NCBI GenBank assembly: GCA_019414605.1
Contig: DXLS01000004.1
Span: 31,114 to 95,113, forward strand
Direction: 5' to 3'
DNA: 64,000 bases
Source of the DNA: Collinsella sp.
Lineage (GTDB): Bacteria; Actinomycetota; Coriobacteriia; Coriobacteriales; Coriobacteriaceae
Shown: piece after piece, positions 33,200 to 41,949 of the stretch
Position numbering within the stretch: the first letter of the stretch is position 1
Layout: the number at the start of each line of letters is the position of its first letter
Notes under the pieces: model-generated
Told to the model about the DNA's origin: nothing
Seen by the model: the letters and a program-made list of their open reading frames with translations, nothing else
Database searches by the model: none
Made by a program: the position numbers and the translations under genes

Positions 33200-34111
33200 T
33201 TAAGCACGTGCTGCCTGGGCGATGCCAGCCTTGGCGTTTGCGCGTTTGCCGGCGAGTTCGCAAAAGATCGCGCCGCCGATGATAAGCACGGCGCCCATCA
33301 GACGGACCGGTGTTATGGCTTCGCCCAAAAGGACGGCCGAGAACACGACCGCCGAAAGCGGCTCGAGGTAGCCGACGACGGCGACGGTCTGGACGGGCAG
33401 TTTGGCGACGGCGCTAAAGTAGAGCAGGCAGCCGATGCCGGTGTTGACGACGCCGAGCATGACGACGGCGCGCCAATCAATACTGGCGGCGACGCCGGCG
33501 GACAGGAATGAGGGGGCGCCCTGCGTGAGGAGCGTAAGGACCAGCGCGGTCAAAAAGGCGGCGCTCACCTGGAGCGCGGAGTTCTCGAGGCCCTCGATGT
33601 GCGGCGCACCCTTGCTGGCGATGACCATCAATGCATAGCAGAAGGCCGAGGCGATGCCGCAAGCGATACCCGCAATGGGCATATTGCCGCCTAGACCTTG
33701 TGCCGCAATGAGAAAAGCACCGCAGGCGACGGCGATAAAGCCGGCGACTTTGCTGCCGGTCAGCTTTTCGCCAAAGATGAGCGGGGAGAGCGCCATGACG
33801 ATGATGGGGCCGCAGTAGTACAGCAGCGAGGATACGCCGACGCCAATCGTCTGGTAGGCGCGGAACAGAAAAATCCAGCTGGCGCCCAGCGCGGCTCCCG
33901 AGAGGAGGAGGGCTGCGGCTTCGCGGGGGCGGGATGGCGCCTGCAGCTTATGGCGTTGGGTGACGGCGAGGATGGTGACAAGCGAGAGTGCGCCCAAAAA
34001 CGTGCGCAGTAGCACGATATCGGAGCTCGGCAGCGCGATGGCAGCGGCGATGATGCCGTTGGAGCCAAACAATAGCAATGCTGCTAAGTACGCAAACAGT
34101 CCGTTGTTCAT
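33200..34111 (-). CDS. EamA/DMT-family transporter
   Basis: 303 aa with 10 predicted hydrophobic segments forming two EamA-like halves. Confidence 0.8.
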   Translation of the reverse strand: MNNGLFAYLAALLLFGSNGIIAAAIALPSSDIVLLRTFLGALSLVTILAVTQRHKLQAPSRPREAAALLLSGAALGASWIFLFRAYQTIGVGVSSLLYYCGPIIVMALSPLIFGEKLTGSKVAGFIAVACGAFLIAAQGLGGNMPIAGIACGIASAFCYALMVIASKGAPHIEGLENSALQVSAAFLTALVLTLLTQGAPSFLSAGVAASIDWRAVVMLGVVNTGIGCLLYFSAVAKLPVQTVAVVGYLEPLSAVVFSAVLLGEAITPVRLMGAVLIIGGAIFCELAGKRANAKAGIAQAARA

Positions 34112-34229
34112 GCGCTGAAATCCCCTCTATATCCGAGCATGTTCACTATGGGTGAACTGGCTATAGAAGAAAAGCGAATATAATTCATAGATAGCATGAC
34201 AAAAGCTCATGCATATGTGGAGGGGTGCC

Positions 34230-35087
34230 GTGGAAACGAATGTTCAAAAGATGCAGGTCCTACTCGAGACCGTGCGCGCCGGCAGTTTTACGCGCGCCGC
34301 CGAGCGGCTGAGCTATTCGCAGTCGGGCGTGAGCCGTATGGTGGCCGATCTTGAGGCCGACTGGGGCTTTAAAGTGCTTGATAGAAGCCGCGAGGGCGTA
34401 GTGCTTTCTGCCGACGGGCGGCAAGTTATGCCGGCTGTTGAGGCGTTATGCGAGGAATTCACTCGCTTGCAGCGACGGGTGGATGAGATGCGTGGGCTCA
34501 TGCGCGGCAAAATCTGCATCGGTACATTTTCGAGCGTGGCGACCCACGTGCTGCCGCCGGTGATTGCGCGCTTTCGCGCCGATCACCCGGACATCGATTA
34601 CGAGCTGCTGATGGGTGATTACTCCGAGATTGAGCAATGGGTGGCGGAAGGTCGCTGCGACCTGGGCTTTATTCCGCGCGAACCACGCGGCGCCGGCATG
34701 GCGTCGCGGCCGTTGGTGCGAGACGAGTTAATGGCGGTAGTGCCAACAGGCTCTTTGCTTGCCGCGGCGGAGGTCGTCTCTCTTGCCGATTTGGCCAACG
34801 AGCAGTTTATTCTGCTGGAACGCGGCACAGATGATGAGATTACGCCGCTGTTTCGCCGCGCGGGCCTGGCGGTACGCTCTAAGCTGTCGACCTGGGATGA
34901 TTATGCGATTATGGCCATGGTCGAGGACGGTCTGGGCGTGAGCATTCTTCCGGCGCTCATCTTGCGCCGCTGCCAGTTCGATGTTGCCGTGCGCCCGCTC
35001 GAGGGACATCCTCATCGGCAGATCAACGCCATATACCGCACCGCTGACGTTTCGCTTGCGGCGGCTCGTTTCCTTGAATATCTCTAA
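34230..35087 (+). CDS. LysR-family transcriptional regulator (divergent from the EamA gene)
   Basis: GTG 34230 has GGAGGGG just upstream; the ORF track starts at 34209. The HTH is MQVLLETVRAGSFTRAAERLSYSQSGVSRMVADLE. Confidence 0.8.
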   Translation: METNVQKMQVLLETVRAGSFTRAAERLSYSQSGVSRMVADLEADWGFKVLDRSREGVVLSADGRQVMPAVEALCEEFTRLQRRVDEMRGLMRGKICIGTFSSVATHVLPPVIARFRADHPDIDYELLMGDYSEIEQWVAEGRCDLGFIPREPRGAGMASRPLVRDELMAVVPTGSLLAAAEVVSLADLANEQFILLERGTDDEITPLFRRAGLAVRSKLSTWDDYAIMAMVEDGLGVSILPALILRRCQFDVAVRPLEGHPHRQINAIYRTADVSLAAARFLEYL

Positions 35088-35146
35088 AAGCGCGTACCTG
35101 TTGTCTACTTTGGGACAATTCTCGGGGTTCGGTACATTTTCTTATG

Positions 35147-35231
35147 AAATTGAACTTTCGGATAATGCGCCGCGCTATACTGCTGCCTAAATTGAACTCA
35201 GGTTCAATTTGTGTTCTATAAATTGAACTTT
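35147..35231. promoter_or_regulatory. Array of AAATTGAAC boxes (putative operator)
   Basis: AAATTGAACTTT at 35147-35158 and 35220-35231. The palindrome AAATTGAAC-TCAG-GTTCAATTT is at 35189-35210. A TATACT -10-like hexamer is at 35176-35181. Confidence 0.55.
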
Positions 35232-35249
35232 GCCAGCAAGGAGGTTCTA

Positions 35250-36770
35250 ATGGCCCAAGAGACGTTTAGCGATCGCCTGCGACAGACCATGTCCGATCGC
35301 GACGTTCGCCAGTCGGATGTAATCCGCGCATCGGAGATGCTCGGCAAAAAACTCGGCAAGAGTCAGATGAGCCAATATGTGAGCGGCAAGACGATCCCGC
35401 GGCGCGATGTGGCAGAGCTGCTCGCCCGTATTTTGGAGGTCGATGTTTCCTGGCTGCTCGCCAGTGACGCCGATCAAGTCGAGACGTCCTCGTCCCATAA
35501 CGTTGCCAAATCCGAACCTAGTCTCTCAGCTCAAATTCCAAGGAGCACCACCATGCGTACTTTTTCTAAATCCACCAAGCTCGATAACGTCCTGTATGAC
35601 GTGCGCGGTCCCGTCGTCGACGAGGCTGCCCGTATGGAGGACGAGGGCGAGCGCATCCTCAAGCTCAATATCGGCAACCCGGCGCCCTTCGGTTTTCGCA
35701 CGCCCGACGAGGTTATCAAGGACATGCGCCAGCAGCTGCCCGACTGCGAAGGCTATTCCAATTCGCGCGGCCTGTTCTCTGCGCGCAAGGCGATCATGCA
35801 GTATTCGCAGATCAAGGGCCTGCCCAATGTTCAGATGGAGCATATCTACACGGGCAACGGCGTGTCCGAACTCATTCAGCTTTCGATGAACGCTCTGCTC
35901 GACAATGGCGACGAGATTTTGATCCCCAGCCCCGACTATCCGCTCTGGACGGCGTGCGCAACCCTCGCCGGCGGTCATCCCGTGCACTATCTATGCGATG
36001 AGCAGGCGGATTGGTATCCCGACCTGGAGGATATGGAGTCCAAGATCACGAGCGCGACCAAGGCCCTCGTCATCATCAACCCCAACAACCCCACGGGCTC
36101 GGTCTACCCGCGCGAGGTGCTCGAGGGCATCGTCGAGGTTGCGCGCAGGCATCAGCTGATGATCTTTGCCGATGAGATCTACGACCGTCTGTGCATGGAC
36201 GGCTACGAGCACGTCTCGATTGCCTCGCTCGCTCCCGATCTGCCCTGCGTTACCTTTAGCGGCCTTTCCAAGTCGCACATGATCGCGGGCTATCGTATTG
36301 GCTGGATGGTGCTTTCGGGCAACCAGCGCTGCATGAGCGACTTCATTATGGGTATCAACATGCTCTCTAACATGCGCCTGTGCTCCAACGTGCCGGCCCA
36401 GTCGATCGTCCAGACGGCGCTCGGTGGCCATCAGTCGGTCAACGACTACATCCGTCCCGGCGGTCGTGTCTACGAGCAGCGCAACTTTGTGTATGAGGCA
36501 CTCAACAAGATCGATGGCATCTCGGTGGTCAAGCCGCGCGCGGCGTTCTATATCTTCCCCAAGATGGATGTTAAGAAGTTCAACATCACCGATGACGAGC
36601 AGTTTGCCCTCGACCTGCTGCACGAGAAGAAGATTCTGATCACGCGCGGCGGCGGCTTTAACTGGGCCGAGCCCGATCACTTCCGCATCGTGTACCTGCC
36701 GCGCATGGAAGTGCTCAAAGAGTCGCTCGAAGACCTCGCCGACTTCTTCGATCATTACCGTCAAAGCTAA
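35250..36770 (+). CDS. XRE-family HTH domain fused in frame to an AlaA-type class I aminotransferase
   Basis: ATG 35250 has AAGGAGG 6 nt upstream. The N-terminal 70 aa form an HTH_3-like domain (LRQTMSDRDVRQSDVIRA...SQMSQYVSGKTIP). From residue 102 the sequence reads KLDNVLYDVRGPV...LNIGNPAPFGF...NPNNPTG...SGLSKSHMIAGYR, which is typical of AlaA. Confidence 0.85.
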   Translation: MAQETFSDRLRQTMSDRDVRQSDVIRASEMLGKKLGKSQMSQYVSGKTIPRRDVAELLARILEVDVSWLLASDADQVETSSSHNVAKSEPSLSAQIPRSTTMRTFSKSTKLDNVLYDVRGPVVDEAARMEDEGERILKLNIGNPAPFGFRTPDEVIKDMRQQLPDCEGYSNSRGLFSARKAIMQYSQIKGLPNVQMEHIYTGNGVSELIQLSMNALLDNGDEILIPSPDYPLWTACATLAGGHPVHYLCDEQADWYPDLEDMESKITSATKALVIINPNNPTGSVYPREVLEGIVEVARRHQLMIFADEIYDRLCMDGYEHVSIASLAPDLPCVTFSGLSKSHMIAGYRIGWMVLSGNQRCMSDFIMGINMLSNMRLCSNVPAQSIVQTALGGHQSVNDYIRPGGRVYEQRNFVYEALNKIDGISVVKPRAAFYIFPKMDVKKFNITDDEQFALDLLHEKKILITRGGGFNWAEPDHFRIVYLPRMEVLKESLEDLADFFDHYRQS

Positions 36771-36793
36771 GGGATAGAGGCTCTATACAATCG

Positions 36794-36829
36794 AAAGCTC
36801 CCTGCAGTTGCTTGGCTGCAGGGAGCTTT
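36794..36829. terminator. Bidirectional terminator hairpin
   Basis: AAAGCTCCCTGCAG-loop-CTGCAGGGAGCTTT, between convergent genes. Confidence 0.7.
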
Positions 36830-36844
36830 CTTGAATCGGTGGAA

Positions 36845-37255
36845 CTAAATAACGATTCCGTTGCAGTGGTCGATTTCGTGCTGGATGATCTCGGCGGTGT
36901 AGCCCGAGAAGTTTTTGATGCGGCGGACAAAGTTCTCGTCCAAATACTCAACCTTAATGCGGCGATAGCGGGTGCAGGGACGCTCGCCGATTAGCGAGAG
37001 GCATCCTTCGCTTGTCTGATAGGCATTGACCTGCTCAAGAATTTGAGGATTGTACATCAGGAGCGTCCTGTTGCCGTCCTTTACGCAGATGATGCGTTTG
37101 CGCACGCCGATCATGTTGGCGGCGAGGCCCACGCACTCGCGCTCATGCTCGTGGAGTGTATCTAGGAGATCCTGCCCGGTCGCGGCATCGTCGGGTCCCG
37201 CGTCTTCGGAAGGCAGACGCAAAAAGAACTCGGATTTCATGATGGGCTTAATCAT
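36845..37255 (-). CDS. def: Short peptide deformylase paralogue
   Basis: Trimmed to ATG 37255, with GAGGAG upstream. It has GLAANMIG, EGCLS and QHEIDH. Confidence 0.8.
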   Translation of the reverse strand: MIKPIMKSEFFLRLPSEDAGPDDAATGQDLLDTLHEHERECVGLAANMIGVRKRIICVKDGNRTLLMYNPQILEQVNAYQTSEGCLSLIGERPCTRYRRIKVEYLDENFVRRIKNFSGYTAEIIQHEIDHCNGIVI

Positions 37256-37460
37256 GGCGGGCTCCTCATGTCTTATGCTTTCGTGGACTTTTAATAATAG
37301 CGCGGAAGGAAAGCTACGCGTCCGCGTTACAATCTTTCGACGTTGGACCATGTTGCCAGACTCGTCGTGTACGGCGTCTGGCGTAAGTCTAGGGCTCATT
37401 TTTCGCCCTGGACTGTTCCTCTGGGGCGATGCGACTGTCGTTCCAAGAGGAAGGAAATGC

Positions 37461-38876
37461 ATGGGGAGCAAATCTCAGCAACAAGTTAGAGTAACGCCAT
37501 CGGGCACTGCGGCGCTTCTCGTCGTAATGTATATTGCAGCCTTTGTCGCCGCGTTTAACGAGAACATCATTAACGTGGCGTTGCACGACATTATGGCGGC
37601 CTTTTCGGTGAGTGCCACCACGGCGCAGTGGCTCGTTTCGGGCTACATGATCGTGACGTCGATCTTTACGGCCATCATGGCCTTCCTGTCCGGCCGTTTC
37701 TCGACGCGCAAGCTGCTGTTTTTCGCATGCGGATGCATGGTCGCCGGCGAAGTCCTGTGCCTGGTCGCTTCGTCGTTTAGCGTTTTGCTGCCAAGTCGTA
37801 TTTTGCAGGCTGCGGGATCGGGCATCTTGTTCCCGCTCATGATGAACGTGGTGCTGTCATGCGCTCCGCGCGAGAAGCTCGGCCTGTATCTGAGCCTGGG
37901 CGGTGCCTGCATTACGCTGGGGCCGGCGTTTGGACCCGTGATCAGCGGTCTTATGTGTACGTTGTTTGGCTGGAGGGCGGTGTTCGTAGTGCCGCTGGTG
38001 GGCGGCATTGTGGTCGCTGTGGCGGGCGCAAAGCTTGTTCAGAATGTTGGAGAGCGCTCGAACACTACGCTTGATATTCTGTCGGTTGTTTTGCTCGCGG
38101 CCGGCATTACGGCATTTGTGTATTCCGTAGGCGAGTTCTCGACCAATCTGATTGCCAGTATCGTGGCGCTCTTCACCGCCATTGTGCTGCTCGGCCTGTT
38201 TGCCGCCCGTCAGCTCAAGCTCGAACATCCGGTGCTTAACGTGCGTCCCATGGCGAGCGTTCGCTTTTGGCCTGCGTGCCTGCTTGTGGTGGTGTCGATG
38301 ATGACGACGTTCTCGATGAGCGTTTTGTTGCCGCTCTATTTTGAGGGCGCATACAGAATGACCGCACTTGTTGCGGGCTTGCTCATTTTGCCGGCGATTG
38401 CCTGCAACGCCGTGACCTCGATTGTGGGCGGACGCGTGATGGACGCCCGTGGCGCATGGCCGCTGCTGCCGGTCGGCTTTGCCCTGATTGCCGTGGGGCA
38501 GACTGCCATCTCGATGACGGCGGCAAGCATGAACATCGGCGTCGTCGTGGCGCTGACCGTTGTGGTGTATGCCGGAGTCGGTTTGGTGCTGAGCCCCTCG
38601 CAAACGGCCGGCTTGGAGACGCTGCCTGCCGCTGAGCATCCTCACGGAACGGCATTGCTCAACACGTGGAACATGATTGCCGCATCGTTTGGCCCGTCGC
38701 TGTTTATCGGCCTGCTCTCGAGTTCTGCGGCGACTGCCGGTGTCGCTGGCGCTGCGACGGACGTTGCCCAGGCGATTGGATTTGCAGCTGCCGTGCGTGT
38801 GGCGGCTGTAATTGCCGTGGTTGGGTTCGCGACGTCGCTGGTGTACGCTCGTCGCGAGTCGCACATGTCGCATTAA
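37461..38876 (+). CDS. MFS transporter (drug:H+ antiporter-like)
   Basis: Trimmed to ATG 37461, with AGGAAGGA upstream. It encodes 471 aa with many TM segments. Confidence 0.85.
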   Translation: MGSKSQQQVRVTPSGTAALLVVMYIAAFVAAFNENIINVALHDIMAAFSVSATTAQWLVSGYMIVTSIFTAIMAFLSGRFSTRKLLFFACGCMVAGEVLCLVASSFSVLLPSRILQAAGSGILFPLMMNVVLSCAPREKLGLYLSLGGACITLGPAFGPVISGLMCTLFGWRAVFVVPLVGGIVVAVAGAKLVQNVGERSNTTLDILSVVLLAAGITAFVYSVGEFSTNLIASIVALFTAIVLLGLFAARQLKLEHPVLNVRPMASVRFWPACLLVVVSMMTTFSMSVLLPLYFEGAYRMTALVAGLLILPAIACNAVTSIVGGRVMDARGAWPLLPVGFALIAVGQTAISMTAASMNIGVVVALTVVVYAGVGLVLSPSQTAGLETLPAAEHPHGTALLNTWNMIAASFGPSLFIGLLSSSAATAGVAGAATDVAQAIGFAAAVRVAAVIAVVGFATSLVYARRESHMSH

Positions 38877-39028
38877 TGTGTGCACATAGATTCTGCAGCT
38901 AGATTGGATGGCGACACCATAAACTAATGGACGTTTTGCCGAGAGGCATGAATGTTTAAAGCGCAAAGAGTGCGCGACGGGCCCCGCGAATGGGGCGATG
39001 ATGCCCGAGAGGGCCAAGAAGGAGTCTC

Positions 39029-39892
39029 ATGTCTGAGAACGAGGAGATCATGAACGAGACCGAGAACGAGACCATGGCTGCCGAGGTCGAGGCAGTCGAG
39101 ACCGTGGAGACCGAAGCTGCCGAGGTTGAGGCTGCTGACGAGGTTTCCGCCGAGGAGGAGGCCGAGGTTGTCGAGGCCGCCGTTGATTACGATGACGAAG
39201 AGCTGATGGACAAGATGCAGAAGGCCGCCCGCCTGCTGCGTAGCCGTCGCTTTGCTATTTCCAAGGAGGAGGAGGCCAAGGCCGAGCGCATGGCGAACAT
39301 CGAGCGCGCCATCAAGCTTCTTGACCTCAAGCCCAAGATGGAGCAGAAGGAAATGTCCGACCTGCTGGGTATGCGCCTTCGTGAGCTCGATGGCCTGATG
39401 GCCGAGGCCGAGGCTGCCGATCTGGTCGGCCGCATCGACGACGCCGAGGGCGATATGCGCAAGATCGTCGTCTTCGCTGCCGAGGATGCCGCTGAGGGCC
39501 TGGTCGAGCTTGCCAACAAGAAGGAGAAGCTCCTGCCCGAGCTTTCTTACGAGGAGGCTACCGAGCTGATGGCCGCTCTCGATAAGGTTATCGCTCCGCT
39601 CGTCGCCATGGGCCTGGGCGAGGACCGCGGTCCTCGCGGCGGCCGTGACGACCGCGGTGGCCGTGGCGGCGACCGTGGCGGTCGCGGTGGCGATCGCGGT
39701 GGCCGCGGCGGCTTTGGTGACCGTGGCGGCGACCGTGGCGGTCGCGGCGGCTTTGGCGGCAACCGTGGTGGCTATGGCGACCGCGGCGGCAACCGTGGCG
39801 GCTTTGGCGGCAACCGTGGTAACGACCGCGGTGGCCGTGGCGGCGATCGCGGTGGCCGCAACGGTGGCGGCTTCCGCGGCAACCGTTTTTAG
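39029..39892 (+). CDS. Protein with an acidic N-terminus, a MarR-like winged-helix core and a C-terminal RGG/GAR repeat tail
   Basis: 287 aa with SD GAAGGAG. The N-terminal 55 aa are Glu/Ala/Val-rich. The core LKPKMEQKEMSDLLGMRLRELDGLM...VGRIDDAEGDMRKIVV is MarR-like. The last 85 aa or so are DRGGRGG/FGGNRGG repeats. Confidence 0.7.
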   Translation: MSENEEIMNETENETMAAEVEAVETVETEAAEVEAADEVSAEEEAEVVEAAVDYDDEELMDKMQKAARLLRSRRFAISKEEEAKAERMANIERAIKLLDLKPKMEQKEMSDLLGMRLRELDGLMAEAEAADLVGRIDDAEGDMRKIVVFAAEDAAEGLVELANKKEKLLPELSYEEATELMAALDKVIAPLVAMGLGEDRGPRGGRDDRGGRGGDRGGRGGDRGGRGGFGDRGGDRGGRGGFGGNRGGYGDRGGNRGGFGGNRGNDRGGRGGDRGGRNGGGFRGNRF

Positions 39893-39919
39893 TTACGGCG
39901 TTTTACCAAACGCCGTAAC
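39892..39919 (+). terminator. Hairpin immediately after the RGG-protein gene
   Basis: GTTACGGCGTTT-TACC-AAACGCCGTAAC. Confidence 0.5.
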
Positions 39920-40140
39920 GGGCCGACGCTGCGCGGGCCGCATTTGGACAATCTGACGTTCAACTTCAAGGGCGCGACCAGAAGGTCAGCGCCCTTTCGT
40001 TTCACGCCACCTTGTCACAAATGCGACTCGCTCGCTGACTTATGCTCAACCTATGGCGTCATCTCGCCCCAAAAGGGCCTCCCTCGCTCTGGCGGGTTTT
40101 CGCTGTCGGTACCAAAATATCGGCGTTGCCTTGATCCAAA

Positions 40141-40193
40141 CCTACCAAAAGGGGGACAAGTTTATTTTGGTCGGTTTTATCTGGGCAAACGTG
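40141..40193 (+). repeat. GGGACA-loop hairpin element, copy 2 (extended)
   Basis: ACCAAAA-GGGGGACAAGTTTA-TTTTGGT plus the tail CGGTTTTATCTGGGCAAACGTGG. About 31/40 positions match the minus strand of copy 4 by hand alignment. Confidence 0.65.
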
Positions 40194-40206
40194 GCCGTCT
40201 ATCGCA

Positions 40207-40268
40207 ATGTAGTCGTTGGGAACGTTCTTGTTTGACTAGTCGTTTAAGAACATCCCCAACGACTACAT
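40207..40268. terminator. Long imperfect hairpin downstream of pdxT
   Basis: ATGTAGTCGTTGGGAACGTTCTT-loop-AAGAACATCCCCAACGACTACAT. Confidence 0.55.
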
Positions 40269-40305
40269 AGCATGAGAGTGGAAATCTACGCTCGTTCGTT
40301 TTTGC

Positions 40306-40893
40306 CTACATTTGGAGGAAGAGCTCGTGGAGGCGGGCGTCGTCGTCGAGCTCGGGGTGGAAGGTGACGCCGAGCTGGTTGTCTTGACGGGCGGCGACGA
40401 TGCGGCCATCGACTTCGGACAGGGCCTTGGCATTGCCGTGCACCTTGACGATGCGGGGTGCACGGATAAACGTCAGCGGCACTTCACCGTCGATACCGTC
40501 TACCCGCCCCTTGGTGCGAAAGCTGCCGAGCTGTCTGCCATAGGCATTACGCTCAACGAGCACATCCATGGTTGCCAGGCGCGGCGTCCCCTTATCGTCG
40601 TGGGCGGCAAGGTCGCGCGCCAGCAGAATCAAGCCGGCGCAAGTCCCCAATACAGGCATGCCTTCAACAATGCGGATGCGAAGCCCCTCGAGCATACCGA
40701 GTTCGGCAAGTAGCTTGCCCTGAACGGTGGACTCGCCGCCGGGGAGGACCAGGCGGTCAAAGTTCTGCTGCAAATCGGCCGCCTGCCTCAGCTCAATACA
40801 GTGCGCGCCCAGCTCAGATAGTCTTGCCTCGTGCTCGGCAAAAGCGCCTTGGACCGCCAGCACGGCGACCGTTTGGTCTGCATAATCGCTCAT
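40306..40893 (-). CDS. pdxT: Pyridoxal 5'-phosphate synthase glutaminase subunit
   Basis: 195 aa. VAVLAVQGAF.EH...LPGGEST...GTCAG is typical of PdxT, and the gene lies downstream of pdxS. Confidence 0.9.
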   Translation of the reverse strand: MSDYADQTVAVLAVQGAFAEHEARLSELGAHCIELRQAADLQQNFDRLVLPGGESTVQGKLLAELGMLEGLRIRIVEGMPVLGTCAGLILLARDLAAHDDKGTPRLATMDVLVERNAYGRQLGSFRTKGRVDGIDGEVPLTFIRAPRIVKVHGNAKALSEVDGRIVAARQDNQLGVTFHPELDDDARLHELFLQM

Positions 40894-40913
40894 GTGCGAT
40901 CCTTTCTGCTGGA

Positions 40914-41804
40914 CTAGCGCCCGCGCTCCTCCATGATGATCTCGATCTCGTCGGCGTTGATGCCCACCATGGCCTCGCCCAGGTCCTCCGAAAGCCCGGC
41001 GATGAGTTTGGCATCGGTGAAGTTTGCCACGGCCTTGACGATGGCGGCGGCGCGCTTAGCGGGGTCGCCGCTCTTAAAGATACCCGAGCCGACAAAGACG
41101 CCCTCGGCACCCAGCTGCATCATCAACGCGGCGTCGGCGGGGGTCGCTACGCCGCCGGCGGCAAAGTTCACGACGGGAAGCTTGCCCGTGGCATGGACCT
41201 CGCGGACCAGTTCGACCGGAACCTGCAGCTGTTTGGCTGCCTCAAAGAGCTCATCATCGCGCAGAGCGACAACGTCACGGATCTGCTTTTGGATCTTGCG
41301 CATGTGGCGCACGGCTTGGACGACGTCGCCCGTGCCCGGCTCGCCCTTGGTGCGAATCATCGTGGCGCCCTCGGCAACACGGCGCAACGCCTCGCCCAGA
41401 TCGCGGGCGCCGCAGACAAACGGCACGTCAAACTGGGTCTTGTCGATGTGATAAACGTCATCGGCGGGGGAGAGAACCTCGGACTCGTCGATGTAATCGA
41501 TCTCGATGGCCTGCAGGATCTGCGCCTCGACAATGTGACCGATGCGGCACTTGGCCATGACGGGGATGGAGACGGCCTCTTGGATGCCCTTGATCATCTT
41601 GGGATCGCTCATACGCGAGACGCCGCCTGCGGCACGGATGTCGGCCGGGATGCGCTCGAGAGCCATGACGGCGCAGGCGCCTGCCTCCTCGGCGATGCGT
41701 GCCTGCTCGGGAGTGGTGACGTCCATGATGACGCCGCCCTTGAGCATCTGCGCGAGCTCGCGGTTGAGTTTGACGCGATCGGCCTTGCTGGTCTGTTCTA
41801 CCAT
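40914..41804 (-). CDS. pdxS: Pyridoxal 5'-phosphate synthase lyase subunit
   Basis: Trimmed to ATG 41804. [41 protein letters not shown] is highly characteristic of PdxS. Confidence 0.95.
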   Translation of the reverse strand: MVEQTSKADRVKLNRELAQMLKGGVIMDVTTPEQARIAEEAGACAVMALERIPADIRAAGGVSRMSDPKMIKGIQEAVSIPVMAKCRIGHIVEAQILQAIEIDYIDESEVLSPADDVYHIDKTQFDVPFVCGARDLGEALRRVAEGATMIRTKGEPGTGDVVQAVRHMRKIQKQIRDVVALRDDELFEAAKQLQVPVELVREVHATGKLPVVNFAAGGVATPADAALMMQLGAEGVFVGSGIFKSGDPAKRAAAIVKAVANFTDAKLIAGLSEDLGEAMVGINADEIEIIMEERGR

Positions 41805-41949
41805 GGTTGCTCCCTTGGTTGGCATGTGCATTGCTTGACGGAACATCCTATCGGGGAGCTGGGTATGGCGAAATACTCAGTTTTCGAGATAATTACAAGG
41901 TCAGACTAATACCAGATTGAACAGCGCGATAAGGTCAGGTGGCAAACAC

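Noticed and set aside
39620-39885. GC-rich tandem DNA repeats that might be a CRISPR-like or VNTR array.
   Set aside because: They lie inside an open reading frame and encode the RGG/GAR repeats. There is no repeat-spacer architecture.
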